From positions 1,984,001-2,048,000 of the forward strand of contig JAWMAR010000131.1 of NCBI GenBank assembly GCA_036785375.1: DNA of 64,000 nt. Direction: 5' to 3'. The notes under the pieces are model-generated. The model searched no databases. It was not told where the DNA came from and saw only the letters and a program-made list of their open reading frames with translations. This DNA is from Leucoraja ocellata. Taxonomy: Eukaryota. The translations under genes and the position numbers were made by a program. Positions 1 through 13,579 of this stretch are shown here, piece after piece; the stretch's first letter is position 1, and each line of letters opens with the position of its first letter.

Positions 1-149
1 ATGGTCTGCAACAGGTAGTTTTAATGAGGAGGAGGTCAAGCAAGCATCTTCTTCTTTCTTGATTGTCCCATCACCGGATCATCTGCCCTTGCAGATGGTC
101 GTGGAGAAGTCTGGTCATTGGGAGAATAGTACGATTATGGTTTGGGTTT

Positions 150-240
150 AGGTTTATTATTGTCACGTGTATCGAGGTACTGTGAAAAGCTTTTGTTTTG
201 CATGCTATCTAATCAGATCAGATAATAATATACATAAGTA
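150..240 (-). mobile_element. LINE 3' tail fragment (Rex1/Babar-like)
   Basis: tttattattgtcacgtgtatcgaggtactgtgaaaagctttt is the reverse complement of the 3' end of the Rex1-like element at about 57360-57415; related copies at about 13170, 19360 and 23080. Confidence 0.6.
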
Positions 241-242
241 CA

Positions 243-420
243 AGTCCACCACCAATTTTCCGGCAACCGATGGTCTGGCACCTCAATTAATCTGGACCAA
301 ATCACGAGAGCACACTTGAATTTTCCCGCTGAAGTCGCCCCAAAATGTGGTGCCTGGGCTGGGTGGCGGCCTATCTCGACCTCATCGGGACTTCCGCGCC
401 ATTCGGAGGGTCGAATTTGC
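243..420. mobile_element. Partial copy of a Tc1/mariner (pogo/Tigger-type) MITE
   Basis: Shares ccaccaattttccggcaac...ggtctggcac...cgagagcacacttgaa with 31668-31900 and, in reverse, with 50436-50735. Confidence 0.55.
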
Positions 421-701
421 CTCCCCCCCCCCCCCCCCCCCCACCCGCTGTTCGGGAAGTTATCACATTTTTTAAAAAATTACATGATCACATATTTTTA
501 AAATGTTTAAGGTAAAATACAACTTAACTGTTGTTCAATTTAGGAGGATTTATTTTCTCTTTTTTTGCCGTCATCCAAGAAAATGTTAATGATGATGTTT
601 ACATGCTTATATATAAATGAGATTGATTTATCTATCTTAATAAGTGTGAAATTTAAAAAAAAAACATGGCTCTCAATTCTTTAAAGGAATGAATGAAATG
701 A

Positions 702-806
<105 letters not shown>

Positions 807-1599
807 TAAGAATGTGGTTTAATATCTTTTGCTATATTACATTTTGTGTGGGTGTAGTTGTTTAACTTCAGGGCATGTTGAAGATTATTTATAATTACTG
901 AATCACTGGCAAAGTGCGATTTTATTGTACTAAATTCAATTTTTTGCATTGTGCCCTCTTGTGTGGGTAGAGTGGTGCAAAAGAAAACAATAAAATTATG
1001 GTAAACGGAGTCCCAAATATATTTTTCTATTGCGGTGATTTTGAAGAATGGTCAGTTGACATATATATAAAAAACTTATTTGTACATAGCTAGAGGCTAT
1101 TAATATATGTAGACTGGCTTGCCAGTAGATCAACATTTGTTTTACTGTGCTACAATTATGATCCATTAACTGACAATGCACTTGAAGCTTTTGATTTCCC
1201 ACTATTGCCACACAATGATATTTTACACTCTATGAACTGCAGCAAACAATTTGACTTTATTTTCTCCACTTCCCCTTCTAAAACATTTTTGGGAGGTAGT
1301 TGTTTCATTCGAAAACATTGAAGCACTGTTGCTGATTCTAATCCTCTTCCAATATCACATGAGCTCTGAAAATCAATAGGCTACAGGAAAGGAATCGGAA
1401 AAAAGAAACCGGGCTCATTTTGCCTGTTTTTTTTTCAAGTGCCCTCCTGCCTCAGAAATGCAGATCAAAATATTAGGTTTTCTATCCTGCATGGCTCAAT
1501 GCAACAACATTTGCCCATTTATGTAATACATTTATTTCCAGAGGTGATATATACCTCGGCATATCTCTTTAGTTGCTGAGATGGCGTTTCTTGTTTTAG

Positions 1600-1809
<210 letters not shown>

Positions 1810-2559
1810 TGAAAGGATTATTTTAAAATAATTACAAAAAATAATCAAAAATCTGCAGTTGCCCATTACAACATATCTTGCATAATTACAGAATTTACTT
1901 TTGAATAATGCTTCATGATTTAGAATTAATGTTTCGATTTATGACTATTGCACATGCTTCAAAAACCAATTTAGTTGGTTTGCAGCACTATCGTAGACAA
2001 GAATGTTTCCTTTTCCCACAGGAATAATTAAATTGTAAGATGACTATATAGCACTCGTGTTAAGCTTGGTGGGAGGTGAGATAAATCAACTTTAGAATTT
2101 GTTTTGAAGAAAAGTAATTTTCCTGTGAAATAAAATTTGTCGTGTATTTCTATGAGGTTCAGTTAGGTGTTATTTAATTGAAGTATTTTAAATGATAAAA
2201 TAATTTAACAGGGTTAAATTACAAATATTACTTCCTCTGGTATAATCTTAATCTTAATATTAGTTTTGGTATGATGGAGTCAAAGTAGAAAGCACTTAGC
2301 TAACAGATTGTGATGAAATTTTGGAATATATTCTGGAAAAATGGTCAATAAAAAAATTGAAGGCTACAATCTCACAAAGTTTTATTAAGTACATATATTA
2401 AGAGATATAGAGCATAGTTGAGTAAATAGACACTAACTGAATTATGGAGTTTATTAAGGAGCTAAATGGTACTTGTGTTCCAGTTCAGTCCAGTTTAACA
2501 AGTTGTGAATAATCGTGAAATAAATGTTGATGTCCTTATTCAAAAAATATTTTAATTTC

Positions 2560-3615
2560 CTATGGGAATGATTCGGGGGACATTATGTGTAAAGTACTGT
2601 GGTTCATACAGTATCAGGTGTGGAATTGGAGGCGATTTTATTAGCATGGATTGAGGATTGGTTAAGGGACAGGGGGAGAAAAAGTAAGAATAAGCAGAAA
2701 CTTTGAAATGGCAGCCTACAATTATTGTCACACAGGAAATAAAGTGACCTATATTTTCAACTATTTTCAGTTTTAGATGAGTATAATAAATGGAATCCTG
2801 GGGAGAATGAAAAGAGTTAGTAAACTAATAAAGACAGGTTAGGCATCTGGATATGAATGTGGCAAATGGAATACACTGGGAAGAAATATCAACTTAAATT
2901 GTTGAGGAAAAATAGAAAAACATCATAATTTTAAAAGGTGACAATTCTGGAAATTGTTGTTTGTCAGAATGACGTGGGTGGTCATGTTACACAAAGCACA
3001 AAGTTAACAAGTATAGAAAGAATTTAAGAAATTATGTGCTACTTTTATCGTAAAAGAATTGGAGAATATATGTAAGGTAGTCTTACTGTGATTAAATGGT
3101 GCCTTATGAAGGCACAGCTGGATTACTAATCACTTGTGTAGTTTTGATTTCCTTGCCCAAGGAGAAATGCTCTTATTTTCGATGAGGTGTAAAATTTATT
3201 CACACAACTAATTTTCTGGATTCAATCAGATGTAGAAAGAGGAGAGATTGAGTGCACCGGGCCTTTTTCTTTCTTTGAGTTAAAATTAATGAGTGATGAC
3301 CTCAATGAAATTAGATTATCTGCCAAAATGCTTGTCAGATTCGATCCAGGGAGTATGTTGTCCTTGTTGATGGAGCCAAAAGCCAAAGGCTTGGCCATTA
3401 GGACAGCGATAAAGAGAAATGTTTCTTTAGAGTGTAATTGATGGAAATTCTCCATCCAAGATGGCTATGTATTTGATTTTGATGACTATTTTAAAGATAG
3501 GAACAAGTAGAGTCTTGGAATCTGGGGATACATGATGATGGAATTAAGTGTAGATCCGCCAACATCTTATTAAATGGAAAAATAGTTTTGAATTGTCAAA
3601 TGGCCTTATGTTCTT
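2560..3615 (+). mobile_element. Old, degenerate CR1-type LINE 3' portion
   Basis: Eroded CR1 RT-like segments (gcatggattgaggattggttaagggacagg = AWIEDWLRDR; gtggcaaatggaatac) ending in aatggcct...; no open frame. Confidence 0.5.
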
Positions 3616-3957
3616 TTTTTTCCATATTCTTGTATCCTAATTAAAAATAAATCCATGACTAATTTAGAGGGAGAACCTTCTATGATGACTTCTGTGACAC
3701 TTGACATCTTGCAATCTTGAAAATAATTAATTCACAACTGAATAAAAAAACATAAGTATCTAAGACGCACAGGAATAGGCTCTCTGGCCTCTGAAATTTT
3801 ATCTCTATTCACTAAGATTATGGTTAATTCTAAAATTTATCCCCATTCCTGTTCTATACCCATGCCTCTTTATTCATTTTGTGTCCAGAAATAGGAGTCT
3901 CAGCTTCGACTGAAGCAAGCAAGCAATTATAGTTCAATACCTACATGGATGTGATAA

Positions 3958-4110
3958 TTAGTCATAGAGTCATGGAATGATACAGTGTGGAAACAGGCCC
4001 TTCAGCCCAACTTGCTCACACCGGCTAACATGTCCCAGCTATACTAGTTCCACCTGCCTGTACTTGGTTCATAACCCTCCAAACCTGTCCTATCCATGTA
4101 CCTGTCTATC
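3958..4110 (-). mobile_element. CR1-type LINE/SINE 3' tail
   Basis: gtcatagagtcat...ggaaacaggcccttcagcccaac...ctatccatgtacctgtc: short tandem tail plus a stem typical of a CR1-family 3' end. Confidence 0.5.
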
Positions 4111-4338
4111 TGGTGAATTCTGATGAATAGGTTTCTCGTTAGTTTAACCTGAAACACCCTAAGATTGTGATCTATGTTCCTAAGGTCTTCAACATAAGGA
4201 GGCAGCCTCTCAGTATCAACCCTCTTTATAATTCCCTATTTTTTTTTTCTTACCATAGCCCCCACAATTTGTTGAATACCATTCCACGCTAGAAATTTTT
4301 CCTACTATCTCACTCTGGAGGCCATGATATATAATTCC

Positions 4339-4466
4339 GTCTGAAGAAGGGTCTCAACCCGAAACGTCACCCTTTCTTTCTATCCAGAGATGCTGCCTGT
4401 CCTGCTGAGTTACTCCAACATTTGCGGTCTATGGCGTAAATCAGCATCTGCAATTCCTTCTTACAC
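4339..4466 (+). mobile_element. Short Penelope-like (PLE pseudo-LTR derived) repeat with a minimal hammerhead ribozyme motif
   Basis: CTGAAGA-A-GGGT-CTCA-ACCC-GAAAC-GTC at 4341-4368, followed by the family body gatgctgcctgtcc...gagttactcca...cagcatctgca.ttccttc. Confidence 0.7.
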
Positions 4467-5147
4467 TTAATGTTTGTTTGAAAATTATTTCAATATATGG
4501 GACATCATATCTGCAATTGATCCTGCCATGTCTTTGCACACATACATCAAGCTCATGTATGTTGATTGTATATTAACATTTGTAAGCTTATTACATCTTC
4601 AGTCATTGTCATTTCATCGGGAATCATTTAATATAAATCGACAATAAAAATGTTGGCTACTTTGTACTTTCTCAAAGAAACAAAGCCAAATCGAAATTAT
4701 TTTGGTGCGTCAAGTAAAGTTCAGCTCTTGCATCAACTAATATTTGAGCCCAAGATCTTTCTGGCCTCTTATGGCCTAGATACTTACTTTATAAACCTAG
4801 TGTGGTATTAGGAAGACATTTCCTTTATCTTCAAACCCTACCTCACCTTGATTCCAAAGACGTTGTGTTTAGTTTAATGTAGAGATACAGCATGGTCCAC
4901 ATCACCCACATGTTCACACTAGTCCCACATTATCCCACTTTCTCATTCTCTCCCTGCACCCTAGGGGCAAATCATAGAAGCTAATTAACCTACAATCATT
5001 TATTTATTCATTTATTTTAAATCTATGTTTATGCCGATATTTTCAGTTCTTCAATGGAGTATAGGTTTAATAAAAGTGGAGTTGGAATATGTGGTTGGAA
5101 GTTTGCTATTGATAATTTTGAAACAGTTACCTGGAAAGGACCACATA

Positions 5148-6762
5148 CAGTGCATTTAGAAAGTATTTGGACCCCTTCACTTTTTCCACATTTTGTTACG
5201 TCACAGCCTTATTCTAAAATGGATTAAATTAATTTAGGTTTATCATCCATGTACACACAATACCCCATAAAGAAAAAGCAAAAACAGGTGTTTAGAAATT
5301 TTTGTAAAGTAGTTAAAAATAAATAACTGAAATATTACATTTACATAAGTATTCAGACCCTTCACTCAGTACTTTCTTGAGGCACCTTTGGCAGTAATTA
5401 CAGCCTCAAGTCTTCTTGGGTATAACGCTACAAGCTTGGCACGCCATTATTTGGGTAATTTCTCCCATTCTTCTCTGCAGATCTTCTCAAGCTCTGTCAG
5501 GTTGGATGGGGAGCGTCGATGCACAGCTATTTTCAGGTCCCACCAGAGATGTTCTATCGGGTTCAAGTCCGGGCTCTGGCTGGGCCACTCAAGGACATTC
5601 ACAGACTTGTCATGAAGCCACTCCTGTGTTGTATTGGCTGTGTGCTTAGGGGCATTGTTCTGTTGGAAGGAGAACCTCTGCCCCAGTCAGGTCCTGAATG
5701 CTCAGGAGCAGGTTTTTATCAAGGATCTCTCTGTACTTTGCTCCGTTCATCTTTCCCTCGACCGTGACTAGTCTCCCAGTTCCTGTCGCTGAAAAACATC
5801 CCCACAGCATGATGTTGCGACCACCATGCTTCACCGTAGGTACGGTTTTGGCCAGGTGATGAGCGATGCCTGATTTCCTGCAGACGTGACACTTCGCATT
5901 CAGGCCAAAGTGTTCAATCTTGGTTTCATCTGACCAGAGAATCTTGTTTAGGAGCCCTTTGGCAAACTCCAAGCGAGCTGTCAGGTGCCTTTTACTGAGG
6001 AGTGGCTTCCATCTGGCCACTCTACCATAAAAGCCTGATTGGTGGAGTGTTGCAGATATAGTTGGCCTTCTGGAATTTTCTCCCATCTCCACAGAGGAAC
6101 TCTGGAGCTCTGTCAGAGTGACCATCGGGTTCTTGGTCACCTCCCTGACCACGGCCCATTTCTCTCGATTGATCAGTTTGGCCGGGTGGCCAGCTCTACG
6201 AAGAGACGTGGTGATTTCAAAGTTCTTCCATTTAAGAATGACGGAGGCCACTGTGCTCTTCGGGACCTGCAATGCTGCCGAAATTGTTTTATACCCTTCC
6301 CCAGATCTGTGTCTCGACACAATCCTGTCTCAGACGTCTCTGGACAATTCCTTCGTCTTCATCGCTTGGTTTTTGTTCTGACATGCACTGTCAACTGCGG
6401 AACCTTATATAGACAGGTGTGTGCCTTTCCAAATCATGTACAATCAATTTAATTTACCGCTTGTGGACTCCAATCCACTTGTAGAAACATCTCAAGGCTA
6501 AACAATGGAAACAGGATGCACCGAAGCTCAATTCTGAGTGCCACAGCAAAGGGTCTGAATACTTATCTAAATGTGATATTTCAGTTATTTATTTTTAATT
6601 ACTTTGCAAATATTTCTAAACACCTGTTTTTGCTTTTATATTATGAGGTATCGTGTGTAGATTGATGATAAAACAATTGAATTTAATCCATTTTAGAATA
6701 AGGCTGTAACGTAACAAAATGTGGAAAAAGTGAAGGGGTCTGAATACTTTCTGAATGCACTG
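5148..6762 (-). mobile_element. Full-length Tc1/mariner transposon (IR/DR type, about 210-bp TIRs) with a pseudogenised transposase at about 6362-5366
   Basis: TA|CAGTGCATT...AATGCACTG|TA. AAGTATTCAGACCC-type direct repeats at both ends of each TIR. Minus-strand translation MKTKELSRDV*DRIVSRHRSGEGYKTIS...WSDETKIE...KHGG...MLWGCF...[11 protein letters not shown], with a stop and frameshifts. Confidence 0.95.
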
Positions 6763-7251
6763 TAGGCAGTGTTTTTTGACAGCATGCATATTTTATTTGA
6801 TATGTTCTAAATATGCATCTACATTTAACAACATTAAAGAAGGAAGATGGAGATACCTTAAAATTAATATCTTGCACCATGACAGCAGGTTTACAGTTCC
6901 TCTTATTTGAGTAAGAATTAGTTTTATTGAAACGGAGTTCAATTTAGTAATGGGACAGAAAATACAACCATTCTTATTTCTATATTACTCATTGAATAAC
7001 ATTACAAATGATAAATGGATAACCAAAGCAGCATGGGTAAAATAAATTGCTCAAAATTATGTTATCAAAGACCCAGATACATTAAAAACCTATTTCCATG
7101 TGTAAAATGGTGTGTAAAATTTATAGATAACATAATGCAAGTCCATTTCTTATTGCTGAAGGCATTCATAAAAATAGAACATATGTTAGTTAATTCTTGA
7201 TAGTTTCCTTTGCTTATTAATGCTCATGTTTACATTGTCTCCCCCTCCTAA

Positions 7252-7365
<114 letters not shown>

Positions 7366-8502
7366 TTAAAGCTAAGAATTGCCACTGAAAATTTACATAT
7401 CCAAAATTTCATCAGAGAAGATTTATATTGTTTTTCTGCTGCACAACCTCATTGTAAATTCCAATTTGTGTACAAAACTGTGGCACACCGCAGTGAGTGA
7501 ACAATTGTATAATATGAAATAATTCATTCCAGTCTTTGAGTAAGACTGTCGTTAAATATTAATTTTGTTTGATCCATTTTGATGCTTATAGTCCTGCTGC
7601 CGTAAATCATATTGCTGAAATGTTTTGTATGTTTTAAAACTAATTAAGAATCGATACATGGTCTTATTTTGACATCACTAATATGGTTTGCTGTTACAAA
7701 TATTTATCTTTTTGGCCCCAATTAAAATAGAAGCATTTAGCTTATGTTAATACCTGATAAACACACACTTCATCTCAAATATGATTTAGTCAGGATTTCT
7801 TCTAACCGATACTTGTCATTACTATGTTGTTTTGTTCTAAAAAATTGCACTTACAAATTCTAACATGATTAGCAATTTATTCCTACATTCTCAAAATCAA
7901 TGTAATAATGCAGGACATTCTGGGAGTTCTAAGAGTTTCTATCTAAATTAATTTCCAGGTATTACATTTTTAGTTTTGGTCAGAAATTTCAATTTTGATT
8001 ATGTTTTCAGGGTTTTTTACACTTATGTCTATTAATAATTTGCCTATAAATATTCACTTTAATTATGTGTACTATCTTTACTAGAGGAATATATCCATCA
8101 ATTGTCACAGATAAATTAAAATGTAATGATATCTATGTAAGCATTCATGCAAATACAATTAATTTTATACCGTGAGAACTTGTTGGGGATAGATCTATTT
8201 GTTTCACTTTCGTGTCCATTACCTCAGTAATTCGATCTGCTTGAATTTTGTATCTCTCTAGATCGTTTAGTGTAATTTGGAGAATTTGCTCTGAAGGCTA
8301 TCTCAATGTCACAATAAAATTGGTAGAAGGAAGTATGGTGTGCGTTTGATTTGTTACTTCAGCCAGTAATTGATGATGTTCTAAGACTTGGCACATTCAC
8401 TAACCAGGCCATTACCAAACTCTTGCAGTGATGGGAATAATACACGTAAACCAGCATTACTACTTTCTATGGTATCACATTTAACAAACATGTCTAAAAT
8501 TG

Positions 8503-8720
8503 GGCAAAAACAAACTACTGGAAGAACTCAGTGGGTCAGCCAGCACCTGTGAAGGAAAATGGACAGAAATCATTTTGGGTTGGGACCCTTCTTCAGACTG
8601 AAGAAGATTCCTGACATGAAATACCATCTATCAATTTCCCAACATAAATGCTATATGGCCTGTTGAGTATTTGCAATAGTTTTTTTGCTTAAGATTCCAG
8701 CATCCGCAGCCTCGTGTGCC
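8503..8720. mobile_element. Head-to-head inverted pair of the Penelope-type repeat
   Basis: Central palindrome cttcttcag-a-ctgaagaag (8588-8606) with degenerate family arms on both sides. Confidence 0.6.
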
Positions 8721-11700
8721 TTATTGTCTAAAATTGGTATTGGTTCTACTTTCAAGCAGACGTGCTTTGCTCTTGTTGGCTGATGCATGAATGGAGTTAT
8801 AATTTCATTTTTAATAGTTAGTTCTTTCTTATAAATAGAATCCAGAAATCTTAACCTTACAACTTTACATCATTTCAGGTTATCAGTGAAAATTGCAGAG
8901 GTACGTTTATAGCAGTCTCATTGAAAAATTACATTGCATTTTCATTTAATTGATCTGTGTTGTGCTTTAGAGTGCTGTCTGTGTGCACCGTAACGTAAAG
9001 CCCTAATCAGTTTCATTTTTTGTTAAGATGGTGTAATTTATTCGTATTGAGTGCTGTACCCCTTTTAGTTCTGTCTAAACAAAATTATTTTCTTTAAATA
9101 GATTCTTACACATTTGACCAGAAACTGATTAACTGTTGAAAATAAAAATTTTGGGACCTGTTATAAGCATTTGATTGTGGTGAGTAAAAAAAATTAGCAG
9201 TTCACAAATACCAAACTCTTTAGGATTTTTGTGAAACAAGTTCCTGACAGGAGTTTATTTAGTAAGGCTAATCTAAGTACTGTCTTTGAATTTTTTTGGA
9301 AATGTGAGATTATATTTTTGTTCCTGTGGAATAAACAGATAATTATCACAAATCCAAGATTTGTTAGGTGCAATGGATTGTCATACCACATGTTGATTGA
9401 AATCTTTCCAGTAACCTTAATTTGAATATTTATGTAAAAGCAATGTTTGTTTGAGTTTGTGGAAAATGTCAAGAAATAATGAAATATTTGCATACAGTTA
9501 TTTCATAAGTAATATATTACTAAATTAATGAAAAGGCTGTTTTAGAACATTTATATTCCAAAAATTCTGGATCTAAATGTGCATCACAATTAAAATCTTT
9601 AGAAAGCAGGAACTTGCATTCATATATCAGCTTTTAAATCTTCTGTATGATCGGTTTTACAAACAAGGAATTATAGTGCAGTCATTATTATGTAAACCGA
9701 ATTGATAGGCAATTTATACACAAATGGAAGAATAAATAACTACCTCTAGGACAGAAAACACACTGCTATCTTTAGATAGTTATACATATGTCTGACCTAG
9801 CAGACATGCCCTTGGTTTACAGTATCAGCTGAAGGGTAGCACTTCTTAAATTATCTTAAAACATCCATGTGGATTTGATGTTTAAATTCATAGTAGTACT
9901 AATGTCTGTAACCTTATGACTCATGAGATGAACATGCAAAGTTTGGGTTGGAAGTTTAATTAACAATTCTTTATGTCCTTTTGGTTTTCTTACAAAGGTC
10001 TGTGAATGAAGAACTTGCTCACTCTTGAATAAAGAATTTCAGTGAGGCCAGTGAAGCTAACAAAAGGAACAAAGATCAGCAGAGAATCCATTCAATCCAG
10101 GTTTCAATAAAATATAAATATTCCACCCCAAAAATACTGAGATCAGGTGTAATCCCCAAAATTGTCTTAGTGAGCAACTCAAAACATTATTATTGATTAG
10201 ATTAAACTCGGCCTGGTCTCTTTTGTCCAGCATGACAGTTGGCAAAATATAAGGCAAAGCATCTGACAGGCCTACATCCCGATAAAAGTCTGCTCAGAAC
10301 AAACTTCATAAGTGATCAGAAATACTTGCCAAATCGTCATAACATTTAGTCAAGGTTCTGTGCTCCTGAAACAAAAAAATCAACCAAAAGTGACTGATTA
10401 ATTTAAAATGGGATATCAAATCATATTTTAATCAAAAATACAGAGGCACCAAAATAAAAACTAGACTAAATGGGTTGTAGTATTGAATGGTGGAATCTGA
10501 ATGCAATGATTATGAAAGATGGGCTGTGGATATATGTTTACAATCCTTCAAGCTAGGCTTCTAGTATTCCACCATACAATTATTGGAGGAGTGGGAGAGG
10601 AGTTCATAAAGTAAGATCAAAAACTACAAAGTAATAGTCATCAATTATCATGCTGTCTAATAAATGTACTATTTTGTCCAGGGCTTTTGTAGGCTCTCAT
10701 CCACTTTTTTTGAAAAAAAAATAGTTTTGCAACATAATAAAACAAGTCAGTTCCAGTTTGTCAAATCACTGAAACTATCACTTTAAGCATTTACTGAAAG
10801 TTTACAGACTTGCCTTTGTTTGCATGAGTGCAGGGCAAGCGTGATGTTGACAAAAGTACTGGAGCAATACATAGTCTTTGTATCAGCACCAAAAAGTAAC
10901 TGTTCAAATGACCAAAACAAACTTCCAACTATATATTTTTATTGAAACAAAACTCCATTGCGGAACTGAAATCTGAATAAATGCACATTTTAAATAAATA
11001 AAAAAATAATGTGCTGCAATGAATGTACAATCATTTAAACAAATGATTTGTTGTAAACTAAAATAACTTATACATCGCTGATTCTCCCCAGATATATCCA
11101 AAGAGTCAATTGGTATTAATACTTTGCCTTGATGAGGTTCAATTTGAGATGAATATGAACAAAACCTTTTGTTGAGCTTGAATGATAGGTTGTGGATCTC
11201 ACAATAGTCTAGGAAGAGATTGCATTAATGCTGGTTGTATTTCCATTAGACGTAGGAGTAGAATTAGGTAATTTGGACCATCCAGTATCCATGGCTGATC
11301 TATTTTTCCCTCTCAACCCCATTCTCCAGCCTTCTCCCGTAGCCTTTGACGCCCTTCCTATTGAAGAATTTTCAGTCTATGCACTTTGAAGACCTTCCTA
11401 ATCAAGAATTTCCAGTCTATTACTAAAGTTGGAAATTAAGCATTTTAACATATTTTCTCTTTATTTGTATGTTGCTGTTGGTGATTAAGATGACATGCTC
11501 TCTGTACATAGATTTGTGCATTAAAAAAAAAATCATCATCAGTGATGTTCAAAAAATCTAGGCACAAAGTAACTACAGTCCCTATCTGTCCATTAGCTGA
11601 GGCCAAATGCAGCTTATTTTTTTGAAGAGTGGAATCTGACATGGGAAGTGGGAATTTCTGATCTTGTGACAAATGGTTCCCACATCTGACATAATCGCAG

Positions 11701-13169
11701 AATTAAAGTCAGACTGATAACCATTAAAGTTATGGAGGTGGAAGCAGGCGTGGGGTAATGGGTTCAAGCTGTTATGATAGGAGAGTTTGGGGGGAAAGTT
11801 CCCCTGTGAATTGTTTTAGCCGTATAAGGGTTTTTGTCTCTAAACTTCCTTGCGATGAAGGGGACTCGTGGTTGTCATGAATGCTATTCTGTCCAGTAAT
11901 AAGTTGGGATAAGAAAACTTGAGAACTGGATACATAAGGGGGTCAACAATTATTTTGAGAAGGGAAAACGTGGCTCTTAAGTGATCATCGTTTCTCTGTT
12001 AAATTTGAATAAATGTAGGTTTATCTGTTATCCTTAAGAATTTTGTTTAATTCTGTTATTTGCAGCTAATTATACCATATTAACCAGCAACTATCATTGT
12101 AAAGACTTCTTATGGTGCATGTTCCTGGATTTCCTAGATAGACAAGACTTGGGGAGAGGGAGGGGGATGGTCTACAATTCTTAGTTCATTTATCATTTTG
12201 TTCTTGATCTTTACATAAAAATGAGAATACTCTGAAATTATCACTAATACATTTCATATTTCTTCACAAGGCCCAGAATGAGATTTTGCAACTAATTTAT
12301 TTAAGATTTTTTTTTAATTTTGTTTATGTGTAGGCTGGCAACATTAAATTTAGATGTTTGTTAATGTAAGTTACTTATTTTCTCAGGAGAATAATATATT
12401 CATTTAAGGACACATAACCCTTTCACCACATAATTATTTTTGGAATGAAACTTGGAATTTTTATTCTATTTTTCTTTAAATTCTGAAACTAAACTAAAAA
12501 GGTGCATATTATTAGTGAAATTTATTTCATGGATGTTTAAGTATATACAAAATACTTTCAGTTGCGCACAGATAATATGGCTACCATTGGACCCATTCAT
12601 AATCTGCATTGTATTTTCTGATTAGCTACCATTCTGAGATAGGACAGGGAATGCTGTAGTATGTAACAGGCAAGGCAGCATCCATTGAGTGAAAAGCAGA
12701 TTTAACTGTTCAGGCACATGACTTTTCATCATTTTCATATGAATAGAATCAGATTTTTTGTTGTTGAAATTGATTATATTCAGATTTCAATTACAATAAT
12801 GTCCATATATTTGAATAATTACAGTACATGATAATTGTCAGATCACATTCACCACGTATATGCCACATTTCATTGTTGTAAAGTTTTTTAAATTGTGGTC
12901 TAGTTATGAAACTTTGTCAGCTCATCTCTACACTATAATTGGGAATGTTAACCAATTGTTGAACTGGATAATGCTATTCAAGGATATGATCTCTAATAGT
13001 GTGATGGCCTAATTTATTACCAATCATGTGTGCACCTGAACAAAAGTTGGGCCTTTATGAAGAATTTAATGCTGTTTTATGCTTCAGCTTTTCACATTTC
13101 TTGGAGGCTGAAGCTCACAATCCTTCAGCCATCTTTGTGAGCCAGTTATTCACCTGGATTATTAATTGT

Positions 13170-13480
13170 TTAGTTTATTGTCACATGTACTGAGGTACAT
13201 TGAAAAGCTTTTGTTGCGTGAAAAATCATCAGTGGAAAGACAATACATGATTACAATCGAGCCATCCAGTGTGTAGAGATACATGATAAGCGAATAATGT
13301 TTAGTGGAAGATAAAGCCAATAAAGTCCGATCAAAGAGTCAAGGGATTCCAATGGAGTAGATTGTTCAGGACTGCGCTCTGGTTGTGGCAGGATGGTTCA
13401 GTTCCCTGATAGCAGCTGGGAAGAAACACCCTGAATCTGAATGCAACCTCTCTTGGTGTAACAAAATGGATGACTTCCCA
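13170..13480 (-). mobile_element. Rex1/Babar-like LINE 3' fragment just upstream of the ADNP promoter
   Basis: Reverse complement matches 57140-57415 (ttcttcccagctg.tatcagg.aactgaa.catcctgccacaaccagag ... gacaataaact). Confidence 0.75.
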
Positions 13481-13579
13481 CCAGCATCTCAGAAAGTAGT
13501 GCTGGGCCAGGGCCAGGCGGGAGGCGCAGTGATAACCCAAATGCTGAATCAGGTTGTGTGCACATATGTGTGCTGAGGT

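Noticed and set aside
13106-13142. Interleaved inverted repeats GGCTGAAG/CTTCAGCC and GCTCACAA/TTGTGAGC (pseudoknot-like)
   Set aside because: Stems are only 8 bp, loop geometry prevents both forming fully, and there is no sign the region is transcribed.
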